In this document: one piece after another, positions 22,714-35,900 of the stretch
Layout of the letters: every line of letters starts with the position of its first letter
How positions within the stretch are numbered: the stretch's first letter is position 1
NCBI GenBank assembly: GCA_002811645.1
Contig: PDIP01000036.1
Coordinates: 248,001-312,000, forward strand
DNA: 64,000 nt
From: Corallochytrium limacisporum Hawaii
Taxonomy: Eukaryota; Protista; Pluriformea
Direction of reading: 5' to 3'
Position numbers and translations under genes: made by a program
Notes under the pieces: generated by a model
The model's input: the letters and a program-made list of their open reading frames with translations, nothing else
Database searches by the model: none
Told to the model about the DNA's origin: nothing

Positions 22714-25365
22714 TCAGGAGTTGGCTTCCAGCATGGCAAAGTGCTGGGCCCATGCATCAAGTGAGCTCTGATTCGCAGCGCGGAAGAACCAGCTTACACT
22801 CCCCTGTCCATTGATTCTGAAGGCCAGGGACTCGTCACGAACCCTCCCTTTTTCAATAACTTTGGTGCTAGGATCGTCCTTTGGAAGACAGCACAGCTGG
22901 AATTTGGACTTCTGGGCTACCGCCTCGTTCCAGGTACCCTTTGGCTTTTTCTTGAACACAAAGAGGCAACCATCCCGACTAACCAACCAGACTTGCTTCC
23001 ATTTGTTCTTCACTCGCAGTTCAACTGGTCCCTCACAGGGTAGGTAGTCAAGGTTCGCGGGCGAAAGAGATTTTGATGGAACAAACAGCTGTTCTTTGAC
23101 GGCACCATCGGAGTCTTTTTCGGCGGCGTCAACTAAGGCTTCATTGCCTCCCGGAATAGTACCGACAGTGACAGGCGCGGGTTTGCCCGCCGACACGTCA
23201 GAGGGACTCCGCCTCGCAACCACAGGCGCAGTTGATCCAGTCTTCAGCACCACCAGGGAAGGCATGTGCTCGTAAGGCTTCAGACCAGCAGCATCGGTTG
23301 CTTCAAGGTCTGCACCGTTCCACACGAGGAAGTGACACATCTTCTCAAACCCATTCCTAGCTGCTTCATGGAGTAGCAAAGTCGTGCCATGGTCAACAGA
23401 ACTATTCACATCGGCGTTATGTGCAACTGATACATGAGCCAATTCCAAATTATTCTGCTGTACGGCAAGCCTAAGGGTATTGTTTGGGCTGTCCGTTAAT
23501 TCCCAGGTGCCAAGTCCCACACGGTCTGCATATTTGGACTTCACAAGCGCGGGACGATCGCTTGGGACAGGCTCAGGCGGATTTGCCCAGTAACTGCGGT
23601 TGACGATAGTGTTTCCAAGGTCCGCTAACATACGCAGTGTGGCATCACTCCAGCGATCAAGAGCAAACGAGCGCACCTTCGAAACATGTGTGCCAACCTG
23701 GCGATGGGCCCCTGAGCACTCAATGCACATCAGGGCCCCTAAATTGAGCGATGCCCATTCAGGATTAGGCTGCCCGCAATCAACACACTTGTCATTGCCC
23801 GGTGCGTTCTTAACGACTTTGATGAGCTCAGGGTCAGCCTTCACCTCACGCTGCGTACCATCGTGAAATTGATCCAGGGCAGACAGGATTCCAGCTTGCA
23901 GACGCTGAACCCATAGGTTGAAATCACTCGTGGAATCCGCCTGTAGCTCAATAGTTTGATTTGGCCACACAAGTTGGAAGCAATTTCGGCGCACCGTGTG
24001 TTCCAATGGTTTCACAGTGCACAACTGCAAGGTTCCCAGGGGACGAAGGGGGGCGAGGTCATCATCGTTTGTAAATTCGTCGCCCTCTGGAGAATCCGAA
24101 AGGTTTGACTGCTGTGACAGTGATCCGGCATCATGGTCTGGATGGTCGTTGTCATCCTCAGTAGCGTAGGATTCACTTACAGATACCGGCAAATCATTCT
24201 CTTCATCGTCCCGCAGAATACTGGGACCATTTTCCATTACACTAGCTCGCCGCATGTTGGGTACGTTCCAAGGCTCATCGCCAGGGTCAGGGTCATGCAC
24301 ATTCGGTTGGCTTGAGGATTGGGTTTCCTCTGCAACATCCGGGACTGATTGAGGTGGCACCACCGTCGGTGTGGCCGCCTTGTTTCCGAGGCTGGTGTAG
24401 ACAGGATCTTCGAGGGCAGCGTGCATCTGGTCCTCCATTCTCGAAATGCGTGTGCGGAAGTTCGCCTGTGCGACAGCCCTGCGTTGCGAATACAGGGTAC
24501 CATCCGCAATGGTGAAGAACCTTCTCGCCCATCGAGGCTTCTTCGCAGTGCCCGTGTTAATGTTGAGATATCCACGGAAAACTTCTCGTGGGTCCGATTT
24601 CTGATGAGAATTCGAAGCACCAGACTCGATCTGCGCAGTGAGCTCCTGTTTTGTTGCGGCAAGGATTCCAGCCTCCTTCTCAGTTCTCTCGATGCATTTC
24701 TGCTTGGCTTTTTGTAGCTCCTCGACTACTATTGCCATCTCATCACGACGTTTCAACAACTCACTACAGTAGTGCACTTCCGTTTCGGCCAGGGCAATGA
24801 ACGCATCGAGAATTGCAACTTCCGAGTCTTGCATAGCAGCATGGATATGTTGGACAAGATTTACAGATTTCATGCGATATTTGTTCTCACTCTGTTTCGC
24901 AGTGCTTTCCAGCCCAGTGTAGTCAGTAACTTTCTTATCAGCAATCCAACAGGCCTTCAAGTCTTCGATAGCTTGTTTGTCGGCCTTGTCGAACTGTCTC
25001 CAAGCTGCCTTGGCCTTTGGCAAAGTTTCGTTCCGCAATTGCAATTTTGAGTTTTCCGCTAATTTACGTCTCTCCAATGCAAATTTCACCTCAAGATCGC
25101 TTCGTACCATTGAATTCTCCTTCAAACGTAAAAGTGGCTTTTCCCATTCTGCTCCGGGGACCATTATACTGTCCATTTCGTCTGAGTACCGCTTCTGTGC
25201 CGTGCTAAACATCTGAGAAACCTTGGTCTGCTCTTGGGCCAAGTCATAGATGGCATACATTGCCCCGCCCCGATTCTGCAAGACTGCAGCATACCCCTTG
25301 AGGGCGGCGCGGAAGGTGGGACTGTCCTCCACCGCTTCCTTCGCGAGGTTTGCCATACGATCCAT
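22714..25365 (-). CDS. ArfGAP of ACAP/centaurin-beta type: BAR, split PH, ArfGAP, ankyrin, extra C-terminal PH
   Basis: EDSPTFRA (BAR start), GYLN...WARRFF and LCTVKP...RNCFQL...W (two halves of a PH domain), CVDC..PEWASLNLG..CIECSGAHR (ArfGAP zinc finger), LLHEAA (ankyrin) and a second PH (EGPVEL..KWKQVW...SLDAWAQ). Confidence 0.9.
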   Translation of the reverse strand: MDRMANLAKEAVEDSPTFRAALKGYAAVLQNRGGAMYAIYDLAQEQTKVSQMFSTAQKRYSDEMDSIMVPGAEWEKPLLRLKENSMVRSDLEVKFALERRKLAENSKLQLRNETLPKAKAAWRQFDKADKQAIEDLKACWIADKKVTDYTGLESTAKQSENKYRMKSVNLVQHIHAAMQDSEVAILDAFIALAETEVHYCSELLKRRDEMAIVVEELQKAKQKCIERTEKEAGILAATKQELTAQIESGASNSHQKSDPREVFRGYLNINTGTAKKPRWARRFFTIADGTLYSQRRAVAQANFRTRISRMEDQMHAALEDPVYTSLGNKAATPTVVPPQSVPDVAEETQSSSQPNVHDPDPGDEPWNVPNMRRASVMENGPSILRDDEENDLPVSVSESYATEDDNDHPDHDAGSLSQQSNLSDSPEGDEFTNDDDLAPLRPLGTLQLCTVKPLEHTVRRNCFQLVWPNQTIELQADSTSDFNLWVQRLQAGILSALDQFHDGTQREVKADPELIKVVKNAPGNDKCVDCGQPNPEWASLNLGALMCIECSGAHRQVGTHVSKVRSFALDRWSDATLRMLADLGNTIVNRSYWANPPEPVPSDRPALVKSKYADRVGLGTWELTDSPNNTLRLAVQQNNLELAHVSVAHNADVNSSVDHGTTLLLHEAARNGFEKMCHFLVWNGADLEATDAAGLKPYEHMPSLVVLKTGSTAPVVARRSPSDVSAGKPAPVTVGTIPGGNEALVDAAEKDSDGAVKEQLFVPSKSLSPANLDYLPCEGPVELRVKNKWKQVWLVSRDGCLFVFKKKPKGTWNEAVAQKSKFQLCCLPKDDPSTKVIEKGRVRDESLAFRINGQGSVSWFFRAANQSSLDAWAQHFAMLEANS

Positions 25366-25708
25366 GGCCTACCACTTTATTTGATAAGCATGGCCTATTT
25401 TCCTGCCGTATGTGTCATGTCATCATATTCTGTCTCATGGAATATTATCTTGCCTGTGTGAAGTTTAGTACCCGTCACAGACGCCTACGACGTCGTTTGT
25501 TGGCGAGCAAACGATACTCCTTGCCCTCGCAGAGACAAAACGTTCCCCCACCACACTAGCAGCCGTGTTCGTCCCTACCCGATCGCATCTACCACTGCTG
25601 ACTGGGCATGGTGAGGTGAGATGTAGGGTGAATGAACTTTGTGAGTACATGAAATTCTTTTTGAGTTGTTTTTATTACATCATGGTGACAGGGCCTCAGT
25701 CACAGAAT

Positions 25709-27880
25709 TCACCGGCGTTGCTGCTGGTTGTAATATGAATTGTGGTAGTAGTGTTGACCCTGCTGTGGGTAGTGTCCGTGCTGAGGGTACTGGTGCTGTT
25801 GGTAGTACGGGGGTCGTCCTACTGGGTTGCCATAGGCCGACGTCGCAGAACCAGGCTGTTGTGGACGGTACGCAGAGTGACCGTACTGAGGATGATGTGC
25901 ATATCCCGGATGGGGCTGTTGGTACTGGGTATGAGTTTGCTGATGCGGTTGCTGTGGAGGCTGTGGGGCCTGAGGTGCTGCTTGTGCTCGAGGGGGAGCG
26001 TTTGCTGTAGGCGCTTGTGGCGGGACAGTTGGTGGCCGTCCGCCTCTCACCGGCGGCTGAGCAGCCCTGGGCTTGGGACCAGGTGCCACTGGGAAGGAAC
26101 CATGGAACTGTTTGTCGGTTTGTCCAGACTGGCCTGCATTTGTGTTTTGTGGCAGAGTTTGGTTCTGATATCCACTAGATTGGGTCGATGGCGTAGACTT
26201 TGAAGCGCCTCTTGGTTGCGGTGAGTGTGACGGCGACAAAACCGGTCCCCTGTTGTTCGGGTCAGCAGCTGGTTTCTCATCTTTTTTGTTGTACTGTTTC
26301 GGTGCTGAACCTCCCTGCGCCACTTGCTGTGGGTGTTTCGGCGGTGCAACCACTGGAGAAGCTGGGGCTGGGGTGGATGCACTTGCAGCTACCGCAATAG
26401 GTGCGGGCTGTATGGGATTCTTTGACTTTGGAGGATTCTTCGGCTTGCTTGGCCCTGACGCTCGCGCAGCTGCTGCGTCCCTTTCAGCCTCAGTGACTGG
26501 AGCTTTACTGCCTGGTTTGTCACCGGCACCCTGGACAGAATCTTGAGGTTCTGTTTTCACCTTGGGCTTCGATGGGGTTGATCTACTCTTTTGTTCCTTC
26601 TTGGGCTTCTTCTTCAGGTCCTTTTCGTTTTCCTTTGGTCCATGTCCGGGTTCGTCATCCTCGGAGATGCTCTCAGCTTCACTAGCATCTTCTAGGACAT
26701 CTTTAGGGTCCTGAACGCCCTTCTTTTGGCGCTGCATAAAGTTGGGATCTTCTTGGTTGTGGTATACACGCAAAACTTGGTCCAGTCTTAAATTGAATTC
26801 CGGATGGAGGCGCATCAATTTCTTGCGCCATAGAGTTCGGATTTCCTCCTCGACGACACCGCGTTTCCTAGCTCTTTCTTTGCGAATATAGTCACGAAGC
26901 GTCTGTTTCGAGGTAAACTGACGATTGTCATAGAAGCAACGTTCACCAATCGCATCAAACATGATTCCCAGCGTATGTCGAATATCATCATTGAGGGGAA
27001 TGTTTCGCCGCCGTCCTTCCTGCTTCGCAAGGGCTGTGAAAGCTTCCTTGTTGGCTTCGACATGTTCGGAGAGCTGTGTCTTAAGGACGCGTTCCATGTT
27101 TTCTAGCAGTTTACGTGCCTTCTCTTTCGATACCTCTGCCTCATAGCGATTGATGCGCTTTCTGATGGTCAACTCGGTGACGCCGGTACGACGGGCAATC
27201 CATTGGATGGCATCCTTACGTTCCAGGCCGACCTTACTGCATGTCTGTGAGATAGCCAACATGACATCATTGAGATCCTCCCAGCTGCCACCCTGCTTCT
27301 CGAAGAACTCCTTCGTAAGGTGTGCCATGGGACCATCAACCATAAACTCATCAACTTCCTGTTCACGCTCCGGGTCATCACCTTTCTTTTTCATAGACCT
27401 GGGTCTGATTGCGCTCTTGGGCTTCGCGGTTGGGGACTCCTCTTCCGACTCTTCGTCAGTGTAAACCTCTAGCTCGCCACTGTGCACAAAAAAGCCACCA
27501 TACTTCGTGGTCAGCTTTTTCGTTGCCCTTTCATCGAAATTCTCTTCATCATCGATAAATGAGTCTGCTGTATCGTAGTCATCATCGTCCTTTTTTCTTG
27601 TGACTTTTCGAGGCGGCGGCGGTTTAACGACACCGTTCTTGTCCTGTTCGAGGGCTTCCTCCTCCTCTTCTTCACCTGCAGCGTTCACAGTCTTTTTTGT
27701 CCGCCCGGCTAAAGTGAAGTAGTCGACATCGTAATTGGTGGTGATGTCGACCTTAATGCGTTTGAGCTTTACTGAAGGCTCCATTGACTTGTCTGTTTCC
27801 AGGTCAGTACCATTCGGCACGGTGCCTTGGTCACTTGATTCGTCCACGGCCTCAGACGACCTCTTTAATTCTGCAACCAT
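25709..27880 (-). CDS. Ubinuclein/Hpc2-like HIRA-complex subunit (HUN/HRD domain)
   Basis: YDTADSFIDDEE...YGGFFVHSGELE matches the Hpc2-related domain. Long Pro-, Gln- and Tyr-rich C-terminal tail. Confidence 0.85.
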   Translation of the reverse strand: MVAELKRSSEAVDESSDQGTVPNGTDLETDKSMEPSVKLKRIKVDITTNYDVDYFTLAGRTKKTVNAAGEEEEEEALEQDKNGVVKPPPPRKVTRKKDDDDYDTADSFIDDEENFDERATKKLTTKYGGFFVHSGELEVYTDEESEEESPTAKPKSAIRPRSMKKKGDDPEREQEVDEFMVDGPMAHLTKEFFEKQGGSWEDLNDVMLAISQTCSKVGLERKDAIQWIARRTGVTELTIRKRINRYEAEVSKEKARKLLENMERVLKTQLSEHVEANKEAFTALAKQEGRRRNIPLNDDIRHTLGIMFDAIGERCFYDNRQFTSKQTLRDYIRKERARKRGVVEEEIRTLWRKKLMRLHPEFNLRLDQVLRVYHNQEDPNFMQRQKKGVQDPKDVLEDASEAESISEDDEPGHGPKENEKDLKKKPKKEQKSRSTPSKPKVKTEPQDSVQGAGDKPGSKAPVTEAERDAAAARASGPSKPKNPPKSKNPIQPAPIAVAASASTPAPASPVVAPPKHPQQVAQGGSAPKQYNKKDEKPAADPNNRGPVLSPSHSPQPRGASKSTPSTQSSGYQNQTLPQNTNAGQSGQTDKQFHGSFPVAPGPKPRAAQPPVRGGRPPTVPPQAPTANAPPRAQAAPQAPQPPQQPHQQTHTQYQQPHPGYAHHPQYGHSAYRPQQPGSATSAYGNPVGRPPYYQQHQYPQHGHYPQQGQHYYHNSYYNQQQRR

Positions 27881-30800
27881 GTTGAAGCTAATGATTCAAC
27901 TGCACCTTCTTGTCATTTTCATGTCATCATATTTATATTCTCTTAAATTATGCTTGTTGTGTACGTTGAGTATGAAGTCTTTGCAGGTCCCTTGATTTGC
28001 AAACGTGAGGTCTTATCAAGGTACTGATTATCGGTAATTTTCCTACCTTTTCCGTCACCGAAGAAACAGTTTCACTTGGAGAGTATTTTTGTCTTCGAAA
28101 AGAGGAAGATAATCACCGAATTTGTTCAACGAAGCAAATATGATGCATGAGGTCTCTGCCCATTCTCTACACATCCAAACATGACCGCGGAAACCAAGCA
28201 GGCCCTTCATCGCCGGCAATGCGCCTCCACTGTTGCCGGGCCCGTGTCTTGGTGCCGTCTTTTCGCTCCCTCCAAACTCTTTTGCCTTCCCCCTTCGGTC
28301 CTTGCGATGCTTCTTTTCGCGCAAAGAAGCTTGCGAATGGTCGCCTGTACGAAGACGGTCCACGTTCCCTATGTTATGAACTAATTTTTCCCCCGTATGA
28401 AACGTATCCCATAAATTTCGCTTTCGTGGGGTGAGGGAAGGAGCTAAATAAAATAGACCGCCATGCAAGCCATGCCCTTGCGCTCATAGTTCGACAGACT
28501 TTCGGGGAGCGGGTCATGGTCATGTAAAACCTATAGTATATTTTGAGTAAAACTTCAACAGAAGAAGTCAAAACAGGCTACCGCTTCTTTCATTTTCTTC
28601 TGTCCAACTTTTTTTAAGCGATTAGCCTTCCTCGTTGGACAGTCGTAACATTCACTATGGGAATGGTCCCGTTACACAGAAACATGCTGCTTGCTAGCTC
28701 TGCGCTTTGTCTGACGAGCGAGTGCATGCGTTGTGTATCTCATTGAACACAGCACGGGTACCAATAATTAGGACCCCATATAGAGTCATAGGCTTTACAG
28801 AGCAGAGGAAATAAAAAGAGCAACGAAAACGTATCGAAGCAAAGAAGGAGGATAAGGAGGGGCAACTACCCGGTTTAGGAAAAAAAGACACAGGACACGT
28901 CGGTGGATTCGTTCGTAAGTGAGACTCCATACTCAATATATGAACAAAATTATGGTCATGGTATCAACATGGTTCTACAAATTCGCTCCTGGATACCGTG
29001 ACAGCAGGATGCTAGTCTCCAGTGTGATCATTTCCTCAAGTCCCGAATGTCCGACCTCTTCCTCGCACTGGCCACCCCAAATTTCTTCTCAGACAGTGCC
29101 ATAATAAATGTGCCGACATGCATTGCGGAACTCAGCAGCGAGAGCGAAGGATGGTACGAAGTTTGGGGGGTGCGGGCGCTCAATTTTGAGAACATGGAAC
29201 ATCTCGATGCTCGCATGTGGGAGGACATGTTTTTTTGACATGTTGCCTGCGTGTATTTTTGTGGTCCTTGAGGGTAGCGGTCCATGTCAGTAGTTGGTTT
29301 TGTTTGTTGTTCTTTTTGTCTCATGATGATGTCTATTGCCTGGTCACGTTCAAGGGGGGAGCTTTTACGGCAGGCGCGGGAACGACAACGGTGGCAGCAG
29401 AGAGGAACTAGTCATTGACGTGGTTGGAAATCGGACGTATGCGCAAAAGATAAACTTCTCTGGTGTAACGCGAATGATAAGGGCACAGTCAGATTTTATC
29501 ATCCAAAAAGTAGAAATGTTGCACAGATGCTTTCTCCGACAGTTAAGCAAAATTCAGATTACGCGTCGCGTACGAAAATACACGTTCATTCATGCCTGTT
29601 GGCAACATGGCAAATATTCTGTGCTCCTGGGCGTATTCACGATACACAACGAACACAAGGACGCAATTAGTCATCATCATCATCAACATGTTACCATGCC
29701 TTGCTTCCCTATTGCACCGTTCGTTGGTGATACCATATTTCTTTAGTGTGATCTAAACGCTCTTCATGCCACGCTTTCACTATACTGTCAGGGCAGGGCA
29801 AACCAAGGGCGGCGTCCGCGCAAGGCATAGATCTCCTGTTGTTGGTCTCTCCAGATTGTGGATGCAGAAATTGATATATAAAATTGACCACGGATCATTT
29901 TTCTCGTTTCGAAAATTTATTCTTCACAGAAGTAGAGATCTCAGTTGGCAGTCGCCAGCCACAAACAGGACACACAGAGTATCGCGTACGATCGAGAGCG
30001 CCCAGGGGCACTGGGCAGTATAGGATCGGTCGTTCACAGCCGACGCGCGGCTTGAATCAGACGAGCCTTCACGAAACGGTTGCGGTTTCCAAGCATGCAA
30101 AAGAAATCTACTCTGTTTTCATTGCCCGCCGAGGCTGTTTCACTGGCTCACCGTATGCTATCACGCAAGAAAAAAATCATTCAAATACTTTCACTATGAC
30201 CCCAGTATACGTAAAGAAAACGTCAGGAAGATCTGCGGACTCTGTCGCGGAAAGCATGGAGTCATTTGTCTGTTTGCGAGCCTAGTAGCATTGACATCTG
30301 TTTGCCTGTCAAGAATCTGCCATGGCCTGGCCTCCCTAAAATCCCCATTCTCTCACGCCTTGAGGATGTCCAGATCATGTTTACACTGGGAAAGCTACCA
30401 ATCCCATGGAGGACTTTGGCCAATCCACATGCTGTTCAAGTACTATGGGCCGGGCACATATGCACACAGGAACTGACCCGACCCAAAATGGGAACTCATA
30501 GCTCCACTATACCCGGCTGCAAACCCCACGAGTCTGAAACCCTTCTGAACATGCACAGCGGACATCGTCTGCTTTCAAAGGAAACGAAAGAAAATCCTCT
30601 ACAGACATGGACCATCCATCCATATTGGAAGAGATACCACACCGTGTCCTTTCTCGTAAATCTCCGTTGCTCTGCTACGGGAGTGTAAACGTGCAACCAA
30701 ATCATTTCCCCGGACGTGGTATCAGAGAACACGAGCATCCAACGAGTAAGTACTACTTCACTTTAGTTGTTTCAATATGGTTGCACACTACGTTTGTGAT

Positions 30801-32925
30801 GATGTTAATATGTATGGATGGCTTGAAAGCTCCCAGATTTTGAAGCAAAGGACTGAATTGTCAACCGAACAATCAGCGCGTTTTCTTTACTTGTTTAAGT
30901 GCTTTAGAATTCTCGGAAGGACGCACGTCTTTCGAATTCTGCAATAAAGCTAATTACCCACAGTCGAAGCCAATTCGGACAAGTAGGAGGTTCCATCAGT
31001 TTGAACCTCCCGCACCCACACGCGCACCCACACACAGCAAAAAGAACAATTTGCAAGGAACGCATGAAATGAGTTTCGATATTGAACTGGTGAACGCACA
31101 TCCCGGTATACGCACTCTTCTTTCCGTCCTACGCACAGAGTACCGGGACGACCGACCCATCGCGTGCCCCGACGAGAAAGATTTCTCAGTGTACCGAAGA
31201 GAACTCATTTCTATAACAAAGCAATCGAAGGAATGTAACATGTTTCTCCACCATGAAGTCACGAGTGTTTTGCCAGATTGCAGCCGGAAGCGAAGCATGT
31301 CATGTGTATTGCTATCGTTATAGGACCTCAACACCACCATGTCTATACTACCAATAACTGAATGGTTCCTGATCCTGTCACATTTGCCTCCCCTCAACAA
31401 TTTTGTTACTTCGTCCCGGTTTCCTCTTTGTCGTCGATTTTCGTCTGCGCTCTGTCTGTTCCTCGGCACGCAGTCATTTTCCTAATCTATTACACGCTTT
31501 CTGTGGTTGAATACCCAGGTGTGACCATGCGCGTCGGAAAGTATTTTCCCGCGACTACCCTGCAAACCCAACAAGAAACAGAGAACAATCCGCTTAATCA
31601 TCGCTGGTGGAAACAAACGCGATATATAGTCCACGATCATCCTCTAAACTCGGGTAGAGAAGATACCAAATGCTGAAGACCAAACAATAAGACTACGCAC
31701 ACTGGGGTCTGTTCCGCACGGAGGTGTACAGGACCTTCTCCGGTGACGTTGTCCACAGTTACAAATTCTCACAGTTTGACGCAAAGTCATACACAGGTAA
31801 ACATAGGGCAAGGAATGTCACCTCACCCCTGGACATCCAACATCCATGGCACTATGCGGTGATGAAATTCCTGACGTTCGAAAATATCGCCTGTACGTTT
31901 AGTATATATGTCTCCGTTGTTTGCTCATGCGGCTGCATGATGATAAAGTGGGGTTTGCTTGCGGGACATCAGCAAAAATCCACACGAATCGACAACTGTT
32001 GGACTCCTTGCAAACCGTCTACGTCTTTCATAGATTTCGTCGCAGTGTACTATTCGGACGGCTTGCCCCTCCCCTCTGGTGTGGGCCTCTGCTTATCATG
32101 CGTTGCTGTATTCCAGCAAATTAGAAAAGAAAAAGAAAAAGATTAGAAAAAATTCAACGGGATTTGAAGGAAGAAAGAGAAAACACACAAAAAAAACTGA
32201 ACAACTAAGCGTTGGCAATTAAATATCAACAGCGAAATGTTACCATGTCCGTGACCTTGTGCAGTGCTTTACCAAATAATGGCAATATATTTTGTATAAA
32301 AAATCGACTTTTTGGAATCTGTCGACCTATCTAATGCTTGACATCCACCGACATGCAGAATTAGTGGACGGGTCCCACTGGGCCCCGGCCCGGAAACTCC
32401 TTTGGGGCGCGAAATATTTTTTTGCGGTCGATGAATTACTGGTCCATTCATTCCCTATTGGAAGGAGTTCTCCGAATTTCTCTGGAAGAGACTATTCGTA
32501 TCTCGCCCCTTCCAGCGCAACAAGGCCGGATTGCACAAGAGGCCCCGCCCCGTCATCGTCGCTCAATCGGGGTGCCCATTCGTTGACACCTTTCGATAAT
32601 TTTCGGCTTGGTTCGTTAATGAGTTTATTGTGGTTTCAGTTAGTGTGACAAGGGTGGGCGTTTGGAGTGACCCGCGCGAAACGTTTGAGTTGAGGGGTCA
32701 AAAAATGTACCCAGCCCTGCCCCGAAGTGAGAACCCAGGAACTTGACCAGTACTTTCAACGACAAAACTGGTCTGTTATTTCATTCAGAGCAGGTACACA
32801 AGAAGCAATGAATTCGTTGTGACTTTGCCGCTTTCAATGTAGGATTGTTTTGGAAGCTGCAGCGCCCTATGTGGTGCAACACCTAGCGCAATGAATGATC
32901 CAATGTGAGGGCGTTGTAGGTTTGC

Positions 32926-35900
32926 ATGAAAATGGTAGGTCCTGTACCATGCTCGGCAAATTCCAGCATCCCTGGGTATCACCCTATCACAGGATTTTCA
33001 GAGAAGCTGGTGGAATGGTATCGCTCCCCACTTATTGAGTACAGCTTCCATAAACCGTCATGTCCCCGCCACATAGCAAAGACATGGCAAATAGAATACA
33101 GCTCGGTCGTGCCCAGTAGGGGCGATTTCAAATTCAATTTCAGACTGGCACAAGCTGCACTTTTAGCATTTCTTGCCACGTGCAAGTCGTTTGGGACTTC
33201 AGACATTCAGAGATCAAACATAATGAAGATCCAGACCGCCTATGACGACCTCGGAAAGCACCTCGTCGCCTTGTACAACAGTGTTGGGCTGAACGCAGAG
33301 CATGCTGATGGTCGTGTGGAGACAGTGGTCACTTTCTTCTCAAGTGCCCTACGTGAGGCCATAGGCAATGCTTTTGCTTCGGACAGGATAGGTGATTGCG
33401 CCGTATTATTTCTTTACGCGGACATCATCAACTTCATGAACGAATTGATACAGCTGGCCACATGCACGTCTCTGTCAGATTGTTACCGGGCTATGATTCG
33501 GGACATAATGACCTATCTGGAGAAACCGGGACGCGAAGGCAACAATGAAATTTTGTTTCTATGTCTGCATCGCGTCTGTAAGGGCGCTATTTTAATGGAT
33601 CATCTGTCTTGTGAAGACGTGCTCAACTCAATATCGATGCGAAATACAACAAACTTGGCAGATCTTATGTGCTGGTGGGACATCGTCCAAGGCCTGAGCG
33701 AGAGCCTGCCGGCATCGCATGCGCCGAGCATGCCGGAAGGACTACCAATGATGGTGAAGCGAATACTGTCATGCCCCGATACTAGCTGTTGTGAAGACAA
33801 CAGTGAGGTGGCGAATACAATACATCAAATGGTCCGCAAGATAGAAACGGTAGCGATCTGGCTGGATCGACCAATTGCATTGCTGGACGCCTTGCAACGT
33901 GTGGTCCAATGGATCGCAGGTGAGTGCAACAACTCATCTTTGCTCTTACAACTTTGTGAGACCTTCAATTCCTTGCTTTCCAGCGCGAGAGTGAAGGACG
34001 TCTCAGAGATGAAACTACTCTCCACCATGTTTGCACGCACAATCCCTTTTCTAGCAAATCCACCGACAGGGGACAGCTCCATGCTCCATGACATGCTTCG
34101 TGTAAGATTGGAATGTACAGCTTTGTTTGGCAGCTTCCCAAAGTTGTTTCAAAAGTGCAGGATGCTAGTTATTGAATTGTATGATTCCACCACATGGGAT
34201 CTCACTGCGACTCTCTTGTTTTGTCGATCACCGTTTTTGTTCCGAAATCACTGGACACATCCCCGCCTCAAGATTGCAATGTCCGAAATCGATACACTGA
34301 AGATCGATGATCATCTGCTGTTCCTGAAAGAGCACAAGCTCAATGCAGAACGCTGTCTATTGTACATCCATACCATGCCCCTGTTCATCCCCGACCCAAA
34401 CGGCTGTTGCCCAAGGAAAAGTAGCGCTTTCATTCAAAGCTTAGAGACTATCCTTTACGCTTGCGAAAGCTACATGAGAGGCTATTTCAAAGATTCCCGT
34501 GCCCTTGCGGAGAGCTGGAGAAAATGTCGTGCACATGGATGCGAGTTGGACGGTACAAAGACATGCACGCGGGCAAGGTCACATGAAGGCAGAGCAATCT
34601 TTAGCTACCTTAGGAAGAACCTGTACTCTATCTTGCTCAGCCTCATCTTCCCAGGGTTACCGGGGGAGCAGTCCCCCTATTGTGTTCCCGGCTATCAGGG
34701 TCCTGATGTGCCTTTCCGGGCATTTGCTTGCCTTGGCACCCTTTGTCACTGTTGGTGTCCTTCGGAGTTCACGTATTTCTTGGATGATCTCGGTGTCAGA
34801 TCGTCATATGGTCTTCAGCAATCTCATAGGAGGCTGATGTCTGCACTGCGATGGTCTTTTGAAAGCATGCACCTTCAAAGCCTGCTCTCTTGCAACCATG
34901 CCCTCCTCTTCCAGGCATACGAAGTCGCTATGAACCAACGAGCCACTCAGCAGGATCTCAATGGTCTCTACTCCGCTATCTTGGAACACAAATGGTCCGG
35001 CGAACCCGTCAATGTATCCAGTTGGGTAAGGTTCTTGTCCCAAACGCCAAAATCATTTGCAGGCCTTGTGCTTGTGGGATACTTCCGGAAGACGACCTCT
35101 GTTGATGCACCACACCATAGATCCATCGAGAATGCCTTGATTGATATTACCAATGCAGGTGATGAAATTTCGGGGACCACCCTGTGGGTTGATGAACACA
35201 AAGTTTTCACCGCTGCTGACAGTCTCCTTCCACTATCACGCTCAATGAAGTTGTGTGCTACGGACGTCATGTACATGCTTGCTCAAGAACCCCCTTTGGG
35301 GGATACATCGCCTCCATCTGTAGCTCTACTTTCCCTGCTAAGCGTAGCCGATACTACCACGGACGATGATCCGCTGTCAGTGGACAAATGGCCTGGCGGA
35401 CCTGCAAAGGCATGGAAAGGGTTGTCTGCATTTTGTAGATTGCTGTGGAGGTTGAACTATTTTACAGACTTGGTTTATGAGAAGCTTCCCGGCGAGAACA
35501 GTCTGCGCTGGCATCGGGACCGAGGTTTGGATCAACATGGACAGTTACTTTGCCGTCTACATAGGCGCCTCATGCACCTTGTCATTGTCCACTTTCCAGA
35601 GTACGCCACTAAGCAACCCATACTGCCTGACTATGAAGAATGTGCCGTGCTTCTGTTTGCGACAGGATGCATGAGCGATGATTCCAAGTTTTCTGAATTG
35701 AACACAGACTACGTAATTCAACTTCTCTTGGCTGTGTCTAGGGCTGAGGGTTCCCAGATCCTCAATCCAATTCACATGGTCCAAAACAACCGGATAGCCG
35801 TGCCGCGACTGAGGATAAAGGTGTGGGACGAGTGGTGGACAACCGACTCCAAACCGCGAAGGGGTGACTGCGAAATGCGTGGCCCGGAACCGTGCACTAG

